From contig OZ245006.1 of the NCBI GenBank assembly GCA_965223545.1, forward strand, positions 1,856,001-1,920,000: 64,000 bases of DNA. The letters are read 5' to 3'. Made by a program: the position numbers and the translations under genes. This document shows positions 27,993 to 39,692 of this stretch, in pieces. Below the pieces are notes generated by a model. The model searched no databases. It was not told the origin of the DNA and saw only the letters and a list, made by a program, of their open reading frames with translations. Each line of letters opens with the position of its first letter. The first letter of the stretch is position 1. Source of the stretch: Planctomycetota bacterium. Its GTDB lineage: Bacteria; Planctomycetota; UBA1135; UBA2386.

Positions 27993-29264
27993 TCAGACCG
28001 AAGCGCGCCGCCACTCCAGCACGCGGTCGGCGCACTCGTCCGCCGCCTGTAGGCACTCGGCGATCAGCCAGTAGCGGAACAGGCCGGTGCGGCCGGAGAG
28101 AAACAGGTTGGGGACCGCGGTCTCGTGCTGCAGTCCCTGAAAGATGCGCTCGTCGGCGGCGGCCATGATCGGATACGCATTCGGCTGCCACGCGGTATCG
28201 ACACCGCGCACGGCCGCGACAGGGATGCCGTAGAACCGGCACAACTGCTCGACCACGACGTCCTCTGCCGGCTCGTTGACGGGCTCGCCGTCATGACCGA
28301 GCTCGGCACAAACGACGAACTCATCGGCCTCGCAGTGCTCGGGCCAGTAGGTCTTCGGGATGCCGATACGGTAGAAGCTGTAGTCGGTCTCGGGGACGTA
28401 GGCCAGCATGCTCGGCCGGAAGTGCCCCATCGCCACCCGACACATGACGAAGCGCAAGTGCCGGTAGCGCAGGCTCGCCAACGACGCCATCTCGGGAACC
28501 GCCGCCAACAGCCGCCCGAGCGCATCGAGTGGAATCGTCGAGACGACGACGTCGGGTCGCAGCACGTGCTCGCCGGCAACGACGCGGACGATGCGGCCGC
28601 CTTCGGTGTCGATGCGGGTCACCGGGCTGCGCAAGTGGACCGCGCCCGACACGTCGCGGATCAGCGGTTGGAGCGCGTCGACGATGCCGCGCCGCGGCTG
28701 ATAGGCCTCGGCGTAGTGGTAGATGTTGCCGCGCGGCAGCCGCAGCTGCCGCACCATCGCGCCGATCCGCGGCGCGCGCAAGCGCTGCAGCGCCCACTGC
28801 CGTGACAGACTGCGCAGCGACTTGCCGAGCCATTTCGTGACGATCGGCTCCAGGACTTCGTCGACGACCGCGCGGCCGTAGTTCTGGCAGAGGTAGTCGT
28901 AGCTGTTGTCCTCGGGGCGGGCGCGGACCGCGCGCTTCGCCTGCGCACCGATCGCCGAGACGAGGTAGCGCGGCCGCTTGAGCAAGCCCTTCGGGTAGTC
29001 GACCAGGCCGTTCGGCAACCGGCATTGCTGGCGAAAGTCGACGGCGACGCAGTCTTCGAGACACTCGAGCCGGCGAGCGGTCGCGGCGCGCAGCGAGTGC
29101 ATTCCGATGTCGACGAAGGCACGCGAGTTGCGGAGGTGGTGGGTCTTGGCGAGGCCGCCGGTCTCGCCAGCGGCCTCGACGACGTCGACGTGCATGCCGG
29201 CAAGGCTCAGCCGCTGAGCCACCGCCAAGCCGGATACGCCGGCGCCCAGGACCAAGCACTGCAC
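27993..29264 (-). CDS. FAD-dependent oxidoreductase (HemY / UDP-galactopyranose mutase-like)
   Basis: GAGVSG, EAAGETGGL, NAYPI, LSGRTGLFRY. Confidence 0.8.
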   Translation of the reverse strand: MQCLVLGAGVSGLAVAQRLSLAGMHVDVVEAAGETGGLAKTHHLRNSRAFVDIGMHSLRAATARRLECLEDCVAVDFRQQCRLPNGLVDYPKGLLKRPRYLVSAIGAQAKRAVRARPEDNSYDYLCQNYGRAVVDEVLEPIVTKWLGKSLRSLSRQWALQRLRAPRIGAMVRQLRLPRGNIYHYAEAYQPRRGIVDALQPLIRDVSGAVHLRSPVTRIDTEGGRIVRVVAGEHVLRPDVVVSTIPLDALGRLLAAVPEMASLASLRYRHLRFVMCRVAMGHFRPSMLAYVPETDYSFYRIGIPKTYWPEHCEADEFVVCAELGHDGEPVNEPAEDVVVEQLCRFYGIPVAAVRGVDTAWQPNAYPIMAAADERIFQGLQHETAVPNLFLSGRTGLFRYWLIAECLQAADECADRVLEWRRASV

Positions 29265-29380
29265 GGGGCCATCGTCGCAGGGACGCGGCGGCGGGAACAG
29301 GCCACCGAGAAGGTCGACCGAGAAGGTCGATCCCTGGGACGTTTCGGCGCCAGCCTACCGGTCTCCTGGAGTGCCTCTTC

Positions 29381-29609
29381 ATGCGCATCGCACCCACGAC
29401 CCTCGCCTCCCTCCTCGCCACCAGGGGCCTGTTGGCGCAGGCCGTCGACCTTCGGCGCGCGGCCCGGGCACCGACAGGCGGTGGCGACCGCGATCAACGC
29501 GAGCGGCGAGATCGTCGGGACGTTGACGCTGCAGGCGTTGGTGCTGGATGGTGCGGCGCCGAACGGTCTATTCAGCGCGACGCAGGGCCTCGAGGTGGAG
29601 GTTCGGTGA
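29381..29609 (+). pseudogene. Collapsed remnant of a secreted HAF-repeat protein
   Basis: Signal peptide, frameshift near 29450-29453, one HAF-like repeat, then only the last ~29 aa of the shared C-terminal domain. Confidence 0.7.
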
Positions 29610-29704
29610 GGGTGTGGTGCCGCTTCGCTACTTCTCGCGGTGCAGTCGAAACGAGCCCGTCTCTTCGGCGATCCTGAGATCGGGCCGCCGTCGAGCCGCA
29701 GCGA

Positions 29705-30532
29705 TCAGCGCCGCCTGTCGAACCACCATCCTGTCATCGCGTCGCCGGTCACGATGCCGTGGACACCACCCTCGTGGTCGGAGAAGCCGACGACGACGTG
29801 GTTGCCGAAGACACGTGCCGTGCATGGTGACACCGGGAACCCCGACAGAGCGAGCCGCGCGGAGACCGGCGCACTCGGATCGCCATCATCGATCGCAAGT
29901 GCGCACGGCATCTTTCCTTCCCGATCTGCCGAGCTGTGGGCCTCACCGGTCCAGCGTGACGCGAACAGTTGTTCTGCGGCGGCCGGGTCGGCCAGTTCAA
30001 TCGTGAAGTCGCCCTCGAACGACCCGCTCTCGGTGTACCAAGCTCCGCAGATCGCGGACGGGGTGAACTTGCCGCGATAGACGGCTCGATCTCGGCTGAG
30101 AGCGTCCTCGAAGTCGACCACGATGCGAACGTGGCCTTCGTCGAAGCGCGAGTTGAACCCCGCTCCACTCGGGAACGCGGCGTTGTAAAGGGTCCCGATC
30201 GCCACCGCAGAGTCCGGCGGAGCTTCGAAGCGAAACACGATGGGGGCAGCGTGCTCGACACCGTTCGTGCTCGCGAGCCCGACCCAGATCGGCTCTGGGG
30301 CCTCGGCCGGGTCTGGAACGGCATCCCCGGACGGCGACTTGGAGAAGGCACTGGCCGCGCCGAAGATCTTGCTCAGCGCATCCGTGAACTGTCCAACGCC
30401 AATCACGATCACGGCAACGACGATGATCACGCTCCACACTTTGTGGTTTCGAAACCACGCGATGAGGGCGGCATCACGCGTCTGCGTAGGGTCGGCACCC
30501 CTGCGACCGGGATCTCGATGCTCTGCACTCAT
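29705..30532 (-). CDS. Hypothetical membrane-anchored protein
   Basis: Single N-terminal TM (VWSVIIVVAVIVIGVG); directly downstream of maeB. Confidence 0.6.
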   Translation of the reverse strand: MSAEHRDPGRRGADPTQTRDAALIAWFRNHKVWSVIIVVAVIVIGVGQFTDALSKIFGAASAFSKSPSGDAVPDPAEAPEPIWVGLASTNGVEHAAPIVFRFEAPPDSAVAIGTLYNAAFPSGAGFNSRFDEGHVRIVVDFEDALSRDRAVYRGKFTPSAICGAWYTESGSFEGDFTIELADPAAAEQLFASRWTGEAHSSADREGKMPCALAIDDGDPSAPVSARLALSGFPVSPCTARVFGNHVVVGFSDHEGGVHGIVTGDAMTGWWFDRRR

Positions 30533-30556
30533 GGCTTCGGTGGCGAGAAAATCGAG

Positions 30557-32905
<2,349 letters not shown>

Positions 32906-33224
32906 GTCGACGCTACTTTGCGCTCGACCCGCGCACTGCGCCAGGGGCGGCGGGTGGAAGACCATGCGCGCGGCGTGACCGCGCGACCGTTCCGCCTTCG
33001 AGCCGGACGCGCAGCAGCGCGCTGCCCGCCTCCGGGATCACCACTTCTTCCCTGGAGACCGTCGCGCCCCCGTCGGTCCGCGCGCACGCGACAGCTCCCC
33101 GTTGGCACGCCCACTCGGACGCACCGGCCCCGTCCCCGGTATCTGCCTCCTGAATTGAGTGCCAGCCCAGGCGGCGAACCCACCGTTCGCGCCGCCGCAA
33201 GCCGCCGCGTAGACTCCGGCGACG

Positions 33225-34613
33225 ATGTACGACCCTCACCCGCCCGCCGGACCGGTCCACCCCCACCGGCACCTCCCGCGCCGCACCGCGCTCTGCGCCG
33301 CGGCCCTGCTTTGCGTGCCGATCCAGGCGCAAGGCACCCAAGGCGAGGTCATCGCGCGCTACCAGGGCCCCGACCGCGCCGAGATCGTCTCGCGCGACGA
33401 CCTCGCGCTCGAGCTGTGCCGGCGCTTCGGCCGCACCGAGCAGGGCACGGCGGCGCTGCAGTTCGCGGTCGACGTCGCGTTGATCCGCGACGCGGCGGTC
33501 GCCGCCGGGGTGATGCCCGACGCCGACGCCACCCGGCGCTGGATCGAGAAGCTGAGCGCCCAGTTGCGCGGCGCAGGCATGAACCTTCGCCAACTGCGCG
33601 AACAAAAGGGAATGTCGATGGCGGCGTTCGCCGAGTACGCCGCGGTGCAGCTGGCGCAGGAACGCTTGGTGCGGCGCGCGCTGGGGCTGGGTGCCGACGA
33701 GCCGGTGACACCCGCGATGCTCAAGCTGTGGATCGAGGAGGCGCGCGCCAAGCACCCGGTGATCACCGAGGGCGACCGGTTGCCCGCGGGGGCGATGGCG
33801 CGCTATGGCGACCGCACGCTCTCAGCCCTCGACCTCGGCCGCGTGCTTATGCGCAGCATCGACCCCGAGGTGCGCGAGCAGCAGACGCGCCAGCTGATCC
33901 TGCAGCGCTTGCTCGCCCACGAAGCCGCGCGGCACGAGATCGAAGTCAGCGCCGCGGAGATGGCGCGCGAGGTCGAACAACGCCGCGCGGAGGCGGAGGC
34001 CAACCCCACGTACCAGGGCATCGCCTTCGACGATCTACTGGCCTCGCAAGGCACCAGCGTGGAGGAGTTGCGGCGGTCGCCGGTGCTGCGCGCCCAGATC
34101 CAAGAACGCAAGCTGCTCGATCGGCTGGCGCCGGACGCAGTGCTCGAGCGGCGGCTGGCCGAAGAGCGCGACACCGTGCTGCGCGAATTCGGCCCTCGGC
34201 GTCAGCTGCAGGTGATTCAGCTGAAGGATGGAGCGAGCGCCGGCGACGCGATGGCGCGCGCCGCGACGCTGCGGCAGAGCATCGTCGACGGCCTGCCGTT
34301 CGAGGACGCCGCCACCAAACACAGCGACGATCCGTACACGCGGGTGTCGGGCGGTAACGCGGGCTGGCTGCACCGCGATGACTCCACGCTGCCGGCGGCG
34401 GTGCGCGAGGCCGCGTTCGCCGCCGAGCCGCACGAGCTGTCGGCGCCGATCGCCACAGCCGAGGGGGCCTACCTCTTCCGCGTCACCGGCATCGAGCCGA
34501 CGCCGAACGACGCCACTCTCAAGTTCCGCATGCGACAGCAGCGCGCGCTGCAGCTCCGCGGCGAGCTGCTCGAGCGCGCGCGGATCGAGATCGTCGGCGG
34601 AGCGGGCTCGTGA
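33225..34613 (+). CDS. SurA/PrsA-like parvulin peptidyl-prolyl isomerase
   Basis: Signal peptide; helical chaperone repeats; FEDAATKHSDDP..SGGNAGW..AF..LSAPIAT..G.YLFRV. Confidence 0.85.
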   Translation: MYDPHPPAGPVHPHRHLPRRTALCAAALLCVPIQAQGTQGEVIARYQGPDRAEIVSRDDLALELCRRFGRTEQGTAALQFAVDVALIRDAAVAAGVMPDADATRRWIEKLSAQLRGAGMNLRQLREQKGMSMAAFAEYAAVQLAQERLVRRALGLGADEPVTPAMLKLWIEEARAKHPVITEGDRLPAGAMARYGDRTLSALDLGRVLMRSIDPEVREQQTRQLILQRLLAHEAARHEIEVSAAEMAREVEQRRAEAEANPTYQGIAFDDLLASQGTSVEELRRSPVLRAQIQERKLLDRLAPDAVLERRLAEERDTVLREFGPRRQLQVIQLKDGASAGDAMARAATLRQSIVDGLPFEDAATKHSDDPYTRVSGGNAGWLHRDDSTLPAAVREAAFAAEPHELSAPIATAEGAYLFRVTGIEPTPNDATLKFRMRQQRALQLRGELLERARIEIVGGAGS

Positions 34614-35398
34614 GCGCTCCCCGTCCCGTCGCCGTCGCGACCGAAGCCGATGGCATCGCCACCGCGCGCTTCGCCGAGGCCGAGTGGCTGCGCGCGGCGC
34701 GCCTCCTCACCGCCGACCGCACGCCGCTCGAGCTGCGCATCGGCGAGGACGAGGAAGCCTTTGCCCTGGTCTTGTCCGGGACCCACGACCTCGAGGCCAA
34801 CAGCGGTTCATGGGTGAGCCGCGGCGTCCGCGCGACGCCGTTCGACGGCCGCCCCGTGGCGCTCTACCTGCCGCCCAAGACGCGCTTTCGCACCAGCGGC
34901 GGCCAGGGACAGCTCGTGGTCGCCTCGGTCCGGCGACCGACGCCACCGCCGGCGCCGGCAGCCGAGGCGACCGAAGCTGCGGCGGCCAAGCCGCTGCTGC
35001 CGCTCGCCGGCAGCAACAAGGCCTTCGACAGTGCCACCGGGTCGTGGCGGCCGATCGAGAGCTTTCCCGACTCACCCGAGGCGATCCTGCCCCGCCGCAT
35101 CGAGCAGCACACCGCCGGCGGCTGCCGCGCGGAGCGCGTGTTTCCACCGGCCTACAAGGCGTTCGGGCTGACGCTGCTGGAGGCGGTGCTCGAACCAGGC
35201 GCCGCGCTCGCGCTGCCCGCCTACGGCGAGGCCCCTCTCTCCGAGTGGGCCGTGGTGCTGCGCACCGAGGGAACCGCGCGCGTCGGCGACGCCGAGTGCG
35301 ACGCGGACGCGGTGCTCTGGGGACGCGACGCCGCGACGCTCACGGCATGCGCCGGACGCTGCCACGCAGTGGTGATCGGCGCCGGCCCGAAGGCCTGA
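34610..35398 (+). CDS. IolB/KduI-like cupin protein (divergent)
   Basis: EEAFALVLSG, RATPFDGRPVALYLP resemble the IolB N-half; GTGA overlap with PPIase. Confidence 0.6.
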   Translation: MSAPRPVAVATEADGIATARFAEAEWLRAARLLTADRTPLELRIGEDEEAFALVLSGTHDLEANSGSWVSRGVRATPFDGRPVALYLPPKTRFRTSGGQGQLVVASVRRPTPPPAPAAEATEAAAAKPLLPLAGSNKAFDSATGSWRPIESFPDSPEAILPRRIEQHTAGGCRAERVFPPAYKAFGLTLLEAVLEPGAALALPAYGEAPLSEWAVVLRTEGTARVGDAECDADAVLWGRDAATLTACAGRCHAVVIGAGPKA

Positions 35399-35475
35399 CG
35401 CCGGTTCGCCTCAGCGCGGCGGCACTGTCTCTCCGAGCCTCCGGCGCGGCCGCGTTGTCGCCAGAGCAGCGACGT

Positions 35476-35514
35476 CGCCTCGAAAATGTTGTCGAAGCTC
35501 TACGATTCGAGGCG
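35476..35514. terminator. Inverted repeat between convergent genes
   Basis: CGCCTCGAA (35476-35484) / TTCGAGGCG (35506-35514). Confidence 0.35.
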
Positions 35515-35522
35515 CCGGAGCC

Positions 35523-36440
35523 TCAGCGCACACGCGCCGCGCGACCGTCGAGACTCACAAGCCAGACGCGCTGCCCGGCCTGCGCCAGCTCGCCGGGCAA
35601 GTAGCCCAGCGCGAGCGATCGCTGCTCGCCCGCCACCGGCGCCGCGCTCATCACCCGTCCGACCGGATCGCCCTCGTCCGGCTCGAGCAAGGGCGTGGCG
35701 CGGGCAACCTCCTCCTCGCCGTCGATCTCGAGCAGGCACAGCTGGCGGTTGACGTGGCCGTAGGTGTGGATGCGCGCGACGATCTCTTGACCGGTGTAGC
35801 AGCCCTTGGTGGTCGACACGTGGTCGTCGAGCCCGGCCTCGAGTGCCAGCGTGCTGGCCTCGGTGTCGACGCCGATGCGCGGGATGCGCGCGGCGATCCG
35901 CAGCAGCTCGGCGGTGGCGTCGTCGAGCGGGGGCAGGTCCAGCTCGGGTGCCACGCCGTGCGCCCGCCCCCACTGCAGTCCGGCGCGCTGGTGCGCGATC
36001 ACCACGCCATCGGCAGTGGCGTCGACACCAGCGGCAGCCGCGGCCGGCCGCAGCGCGGCGAACGCGCCGGGCCCCACGACCTCGACACAGCGACCGGGCC
36101 AGAGCACCTCGATCTCCACGCGCTCGGTGAAGTGGTAGCGCTCGAGGAGCTCGGCGAGCGGGTCGCGCTGATCCTCCTGGGTCTCGACCCACACTTGGTC
36201 TTCACCGCGGCCGAGGACCGCGGTGGTGATCAACTTGCCCTTCGCGTTGAGGAACGCACCCAGCCCAGTTTCGCCCGGGCGCATCGCCACGACGTCTTGA
36301 CTGCACAGCCGTTGGACGAAGTCGAGCGCGTCCGGTCCCCGCACCGAGATCAGGCCGAAAGGGGCTGGATGCCGCGTGCGCGCCGTATCGAGACCGAGAC
36401 CGGCGGCGCCGGTGGCATCGGGAGTTGGGAAGTTGTCCAC
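35523..36440 (-). CDS. ygfZ: YgfZ/Iba57 family Fe-S maturation protein
   Basis: Signature KGCYTGQEIVAR; VRGPDALDFVQRLCSQD. Confidence 0.92.
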   Translation of the reverse strand: MDNFPTPDATGAAGLGLDTARTRHPAPFGLISVRGPDALDFVQRLCSQDVVAMRPGETGLGAFLNAKGKLITTAVLGRGEDQVWVETQEDQRDPLAELLERYHFTERVEIEVLWPGRCVEVVGPGAFAALRPAAAAAGVDATADGVVIAHQRAGLQWGRAHGVAPELDLPPLDDATAELLRIAARIPRIGVDTEASTLALEAGLDDHVSTTKGCYTGQEIVARIHTYGHVNRQLCLLEIDGEEEVARATPLLEPDEGDPVGRVMSAAPVAGEQRSLALGYLPGELAQAGQRVWLVSLDGRAARVR

Positions 36441-36502
36441 ACCAGTTTCCAGAGTTTGCCCACAGAATGAGACCCGGATTGGGGCGCTTTTTGACGACAG
36501 AC

Positions 36503-36531
36503 TTGAAAGAGCCCCGTTTCGGTTCTAGTTT
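36503..36531 (+). promoter_or_regulatory. Sigma70-type promoter of isc operon
   Basis: TTGAAA (36503-36508), 17 nt, TAGTTT (36526-36531). Confidence 0.6.
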
Positions 36532-36616
36532 CATCCAAGGCACGGCGCCGGGCAAGAGCAGTTTCTCGCCATGCCGTCCAACCCGCCTCTGCGAACGACA
36601 AACCTGCGAATCCGAC

Positions 36617-37102
36617 GTGCTGCGCATCTCCAAGAAAGGTGACTACGCGGTCTTCATCATGGGCTACCTCGCCCAGAACGGAGCCGTGCCCGACGGCGAC
36701 GTCGTCAGTGCCCAGGAGATCGCCGACCGCTCCGGCCTGCACAAGTCGGTGGTCGCCAACCTGCTCAAGGACCTGACCCGGGCCGCGCTGCTCGAGTCGG
36801 TGCGCGGCATCCGCGGCGGCTACCGGCTGGCCCAGCCGGCCGCCGACATCAGCCTCGGCCGCATCCTGCAAGTGGTCGAGGGACCGTTCGCGTTCGTCGA
36901 CTGCGCCACCCCCGATTCCGACAGCGCCTGCGCGCTGATGAGCTTCTGCCCTTCCAAGCGGCCGATGCAGGTGCTGCACGACCGCATCGCCGCGCTGCTG
37001 GAAGACCTGCGCCTGCCCGAGCTGACCGGCGAGACGCTGCAGCCGGCGTTCGCGAAGGCCTCCTCCCCCTCCCCTCGCTCCGACTCGACCGCTACGCGAT
37101 GA
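36617..37102 (+). CDS. Rrf2 family Fe-S transcriptional regulator
   Basis: [22 protein letters not shown], three Cys (C-x8-C-x5-C). Confidence 0.9.
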   Translation: MLRISKKGDYAVFIMGYLAQNGAVPDGDVVSAQEIADRSGLHKSVVANLLKDLTRAALLESVRGIRGGYRLAQPAADISLGRILQVVEGPFAFVDCATPDSDSACALMSFCPSKRPMQVLHDRIAALLEDLRLPELTGETLQPAFAKASSPSPRSDSTATR

Positions 37103-38319
37103 CCATCAAGCTCCCGATCTACATGGACTACAGCGCCACCACGCCGTGCGACCCGCGGGTGGTGGAGAAGATGGTGCCGTTCTTCGGCGAGACCTTCGGC
37201 AACGCCGCCAGCCGCAATCACGCGTTCGGTTGGGCGGCCGAGACCGCGGTCGACACCGCGCGCGAGGAGGTCGCCCGCCTGATCGGCGCCGTGGCCAAGG
37301 AGATCATCTGGACCAGCGGCTCGACCGAGGCCAACAACTTGGCGATCAAGGGCGTCGCCGAGATGTACGCGCCCAAGGGCAACCATCTGATCACCTGCGT
37401 CACCGAGCACAAGGCGGTGCTCGATCCGATGAAGCACCTCGAGGCGAACGGCTTCGAGGTGACCTACCTGCCGGTGGACGGCGTCGGCCGGATCGACCTC
37501 GACGCCCTGCGCGCGGCGATCACCGACAAGACGATTCTGATCTCGCTGATGGCGGCCAACAACGAGATCGGCACCGCCCACCCGCTGGCCGAGATCGGTG
37601 CGCTGGCCAAGGAAAAGGGCGTTCTGTTCCACAGCGACGCCACCCAGGCCGCCGGCAAGCTGCCGCTCGACGTCATCGCGCAGAACGTCGACCTGCTGTC
37701 GCTGTCGGCGCACAAGTTCTACGGGCCCAAGGGGGTCGGCTGCCTGTACGTCCGCCGCAAGGGCCCGCGCGTGCGGCTGACGCCGATCATCGACGGCGGC
37801 GGCCACGAGCGCGGCATGCGCTCGGGCACTCTGAACGTCACCGGCATCGTCGGCATGGGCGAGGCGGCGCGGCTGGCGCGCGTCGAGTTCGACACCGAGG
37901 TGCCGCGGCTGCGCGCCCTGCGCGACCGTCTCGACGACCGCGTGCGCGCGCGCATCGCCGACGTCGTGCTCAATGGCGACGCCGAGCACCGGCTGCCGCA
38001 TCTGACCAACCTCTCCTTCCCCTACGTCGAGGGCGAGTCGCTGATCATGGGCGTGCGTGAGCTGGCGGTCTCGTCCGGTTCGGCGTGCACGTCGGCGAGT
38101 CTGGAGCCGAGCTACGTGCTCAAGGCTCTCGGCTTGGGCGACGAGCTCGCGCACAGCTCCATCCGCTTCTCCCTCGGCCGGTTCACCACCGAGGCCGAAG
38201 TCGACTACGCGGTCGACAAGGTCTGCCACGAGGTCGAGCGCCTGCGCGCCATGTCTCCGCTCTGGGAGATGGTGCAGGAGGGAGTCGATCTCTCCAAGGT
38301 GCAGTGGACCATGCACTGA
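37099..38319 (+). CDS. iscS: Cysteine desulfurase
   Basis: [42 protein letters not shown]. Confidence 0.97.
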   Translation: MTIKLPIYMDYSATTPCDPRVVEKMVPFFGETFGNAASRNHAFGWAAETAVDTAREEVARLIGAVAKEIIWTSGSTEANNLAIKGVAEMYAPKGNHLITCVTEHKAVLDPMKHLEANGFEVTYLPVDGVGRIDLDALRAAITDKTILISLMAANNEIGTAHPLAEIGALAKEKGVLFHSDATQAAGKLPLDVIAQNVDLLSLSAHKFYGPKGVGCLYVRRKGPRVRLTPIIDGGGHERGMRSGTLNVTGIVGMGEAARLARVEFDTEVPRLRALRDRLDDRVRARIADVVLNGDAEHRLPHLTNLSFPYVEGESLIMGVRELAVSSGSACTSASLEPSYVLKALGLGDELAHSSIRFSLGRFTTEAEVDYAVDKVCHEVERLRAMSPLWEMVQEGVDLSKVQWTMH

Positions 38320-38369
38320 GCGCCCTCGAACGAGGCCACTTGATCCAACGAACACCCAACTGACTTGCC

Positions 38370-38792
38370 ATGGCTTACAGCGACAAAGTTCTCGATCACT
38401 ACAACAACCCGCGCAACGTCGGCTCGCTCGACAAGAGCAGCCGCGACGTCGGCACCGGCATTGTCGGCGCACCCGAGTGCGGTGACGTCATGAAGCTGCA
38501 GATCCAAGTCGACGATGCGGGCAAGATCGTCGACGCCAAGTTCAAGACCTACGGCTGCGGTTCGGCGATCGCGTCCTCGTCGCTGGCGACCGAGTGGCTC
38601 AAGGGCGCCTCGATCGACGACGCGGACAAGATCAAGAACACCCAGATCGTCGAGGAGCTGTCGCTGCCGCCGGTGAAGATCCACTGCTCGGTGCTCGCCG
38701 AAGACGCGATCAAGGCGGCCATCGCGGACTACCGATCCAAGCGCGATGCCGCCGCGCCAGCGGTGGCGAGCAGCGAGGAGAAGCAGTCGTGA
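38370..38792 (+). CDS. iscU: Fe-S scaffold protein
   Basis: GAPECGDVM, KTYGCGSAIAS, LPPVKIHC. Confidence 0.97.
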   Translation: MAYSDKVLDHYNNPRNVGSLDKSSRDVGTGIVGAPECGDVMKLQIQVDDAGKIVDAKFKTYGCGSAIASSSLATEWLKGASIDDADKIKNTQIVEELSLPPVKIHCSVLAEDAIKAAIADYRSKRDAAAPAVASSEEKQS

Positions 38793-39193
38793 CCGAAGCC
38801 AAGACCAACACCGATCCGGAAGCGGCGGCGGTGGCGCCGACCGCGCCCAAGGAGGGCCGCGGTGTGGTGGTGACCGAGCGCGCCGCGTTGGAGATCCAGC
38901 GCGTCATCGAAGAGAACCAGTTTCCCGCCGGCGAGACCTGGGTTCGCATCGGTGCCAAGGGCGGCGGCTGCAGCGGCTTCAGCTACGTGCTCGACTTCGA
39001 CAAGACCGGGCCGACCGAGTTCGACCTCGCCTACGAGATGCACGGCGTGCGCTACATGGTCGACAAGAAGAGCGAGTTCTTCATGGCCGGCACGATCCTC
39101 GACTTCAACGACGACCTGCTCAACCGCGGGTTCGCGTTCAAGAACCCGTCGGCCACCGGCACCTGCGGCTGCGGCACGTCGTTCTCGGCCTGA
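38789..39193 (+). CDS. iscA: A-type Fe-S carrier
   Basis: GGGCSGFSY, CGCGTSF; GTGA overlap with iscU. Confidence 0.93.
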   Translation: MTEAKTNTDPEAAAVAPTAPKEGRGVVVTERAALEIQRVIEENQFPAGETWVRIGAKGGGCSGFSYVLDFDKTGPTEFDLAYEMHGVRYMVDKKSEFFMAGTILDFNDDLLNRGFAFKNPSATGTCGCGTSFSA

Positions 39194-39212
39194 AGCAAAA
39201 GAGCTCTTGGCC

Positions 39213-39692
39213 GTGGATCCGTTTGCCGTGCTCGGGCTCGAGCCCGACCTGGAGCTCGCCGAGACGGCGCTGGAGCAGCGCTATCTGCAGCTGTCGCGCG
39301 AAACCCATCCCGACCACCACGGCACGGCCGACGCCACCGAGCAGGTGGCGATCCTGACCCGCGCCGCGCAGATCAACGACGCCTACCGGGCACTGCGCGA
39401 TCGCTGGCGGCGCGCCGAAGCGCTGCTCGAGCTGCGCGCGCCGGGCGTGATCGAGGCGCACAAGAAGCTCGATCCGCTGTTTCTCGCCGAGGCGATGGAG
39501 CTGGCCGAGGCAGTCGCCGAAGCCGACGGCGACGACCCGGCGCTGCGCGCCCGCGCCGAAGCAGAACGCGATGCGCGCTGGTCGACGCTGTGTGCCGCCG
39601 CGGCGGCCGACGACTGGCCGCGCGCCGCGACCGCGCTGCACGAGGCGCGCTACTTCCACAAGGCGATCGCCGACCTCGGAGACAAGACGTGA
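39213..39692 (+). CDS. hscB: Fe-S co-chaperone HscB
   Basis: DPFAVLGL, HPD, INDAYRAL..RAEALL, FLAEAME. Confidence 0.9.
   Translation: MDPFAVLGLEPDLELAETALEQRYLQLSRETHPDHHGTADATEQVAILTRAAQINDAYRALRDRWRRAEALLELRAPGVIEAHKKLDPLFLAEAMELAEAVAEADGDDPALRARAEAERDARWSTLCAAAAADDWPRAATALHEARYFHKAIADLGDKT

Noticed and set aside
36433..36464. DnaA-box-like 9-mers TTGTCCACA and TTGCCCACA
   Set aside because: Only two imperfect boxes, one overlapping the ygfZ start; no dnaA/dnaN or AT-rich unwinding element, so not called as oriC
38952..39212. Long N-terminal extension of hscB, or iscA-hscB readthrough
   Set aside because: Overlaps iscA in a different frame; the J-domain starts at GTG 39213
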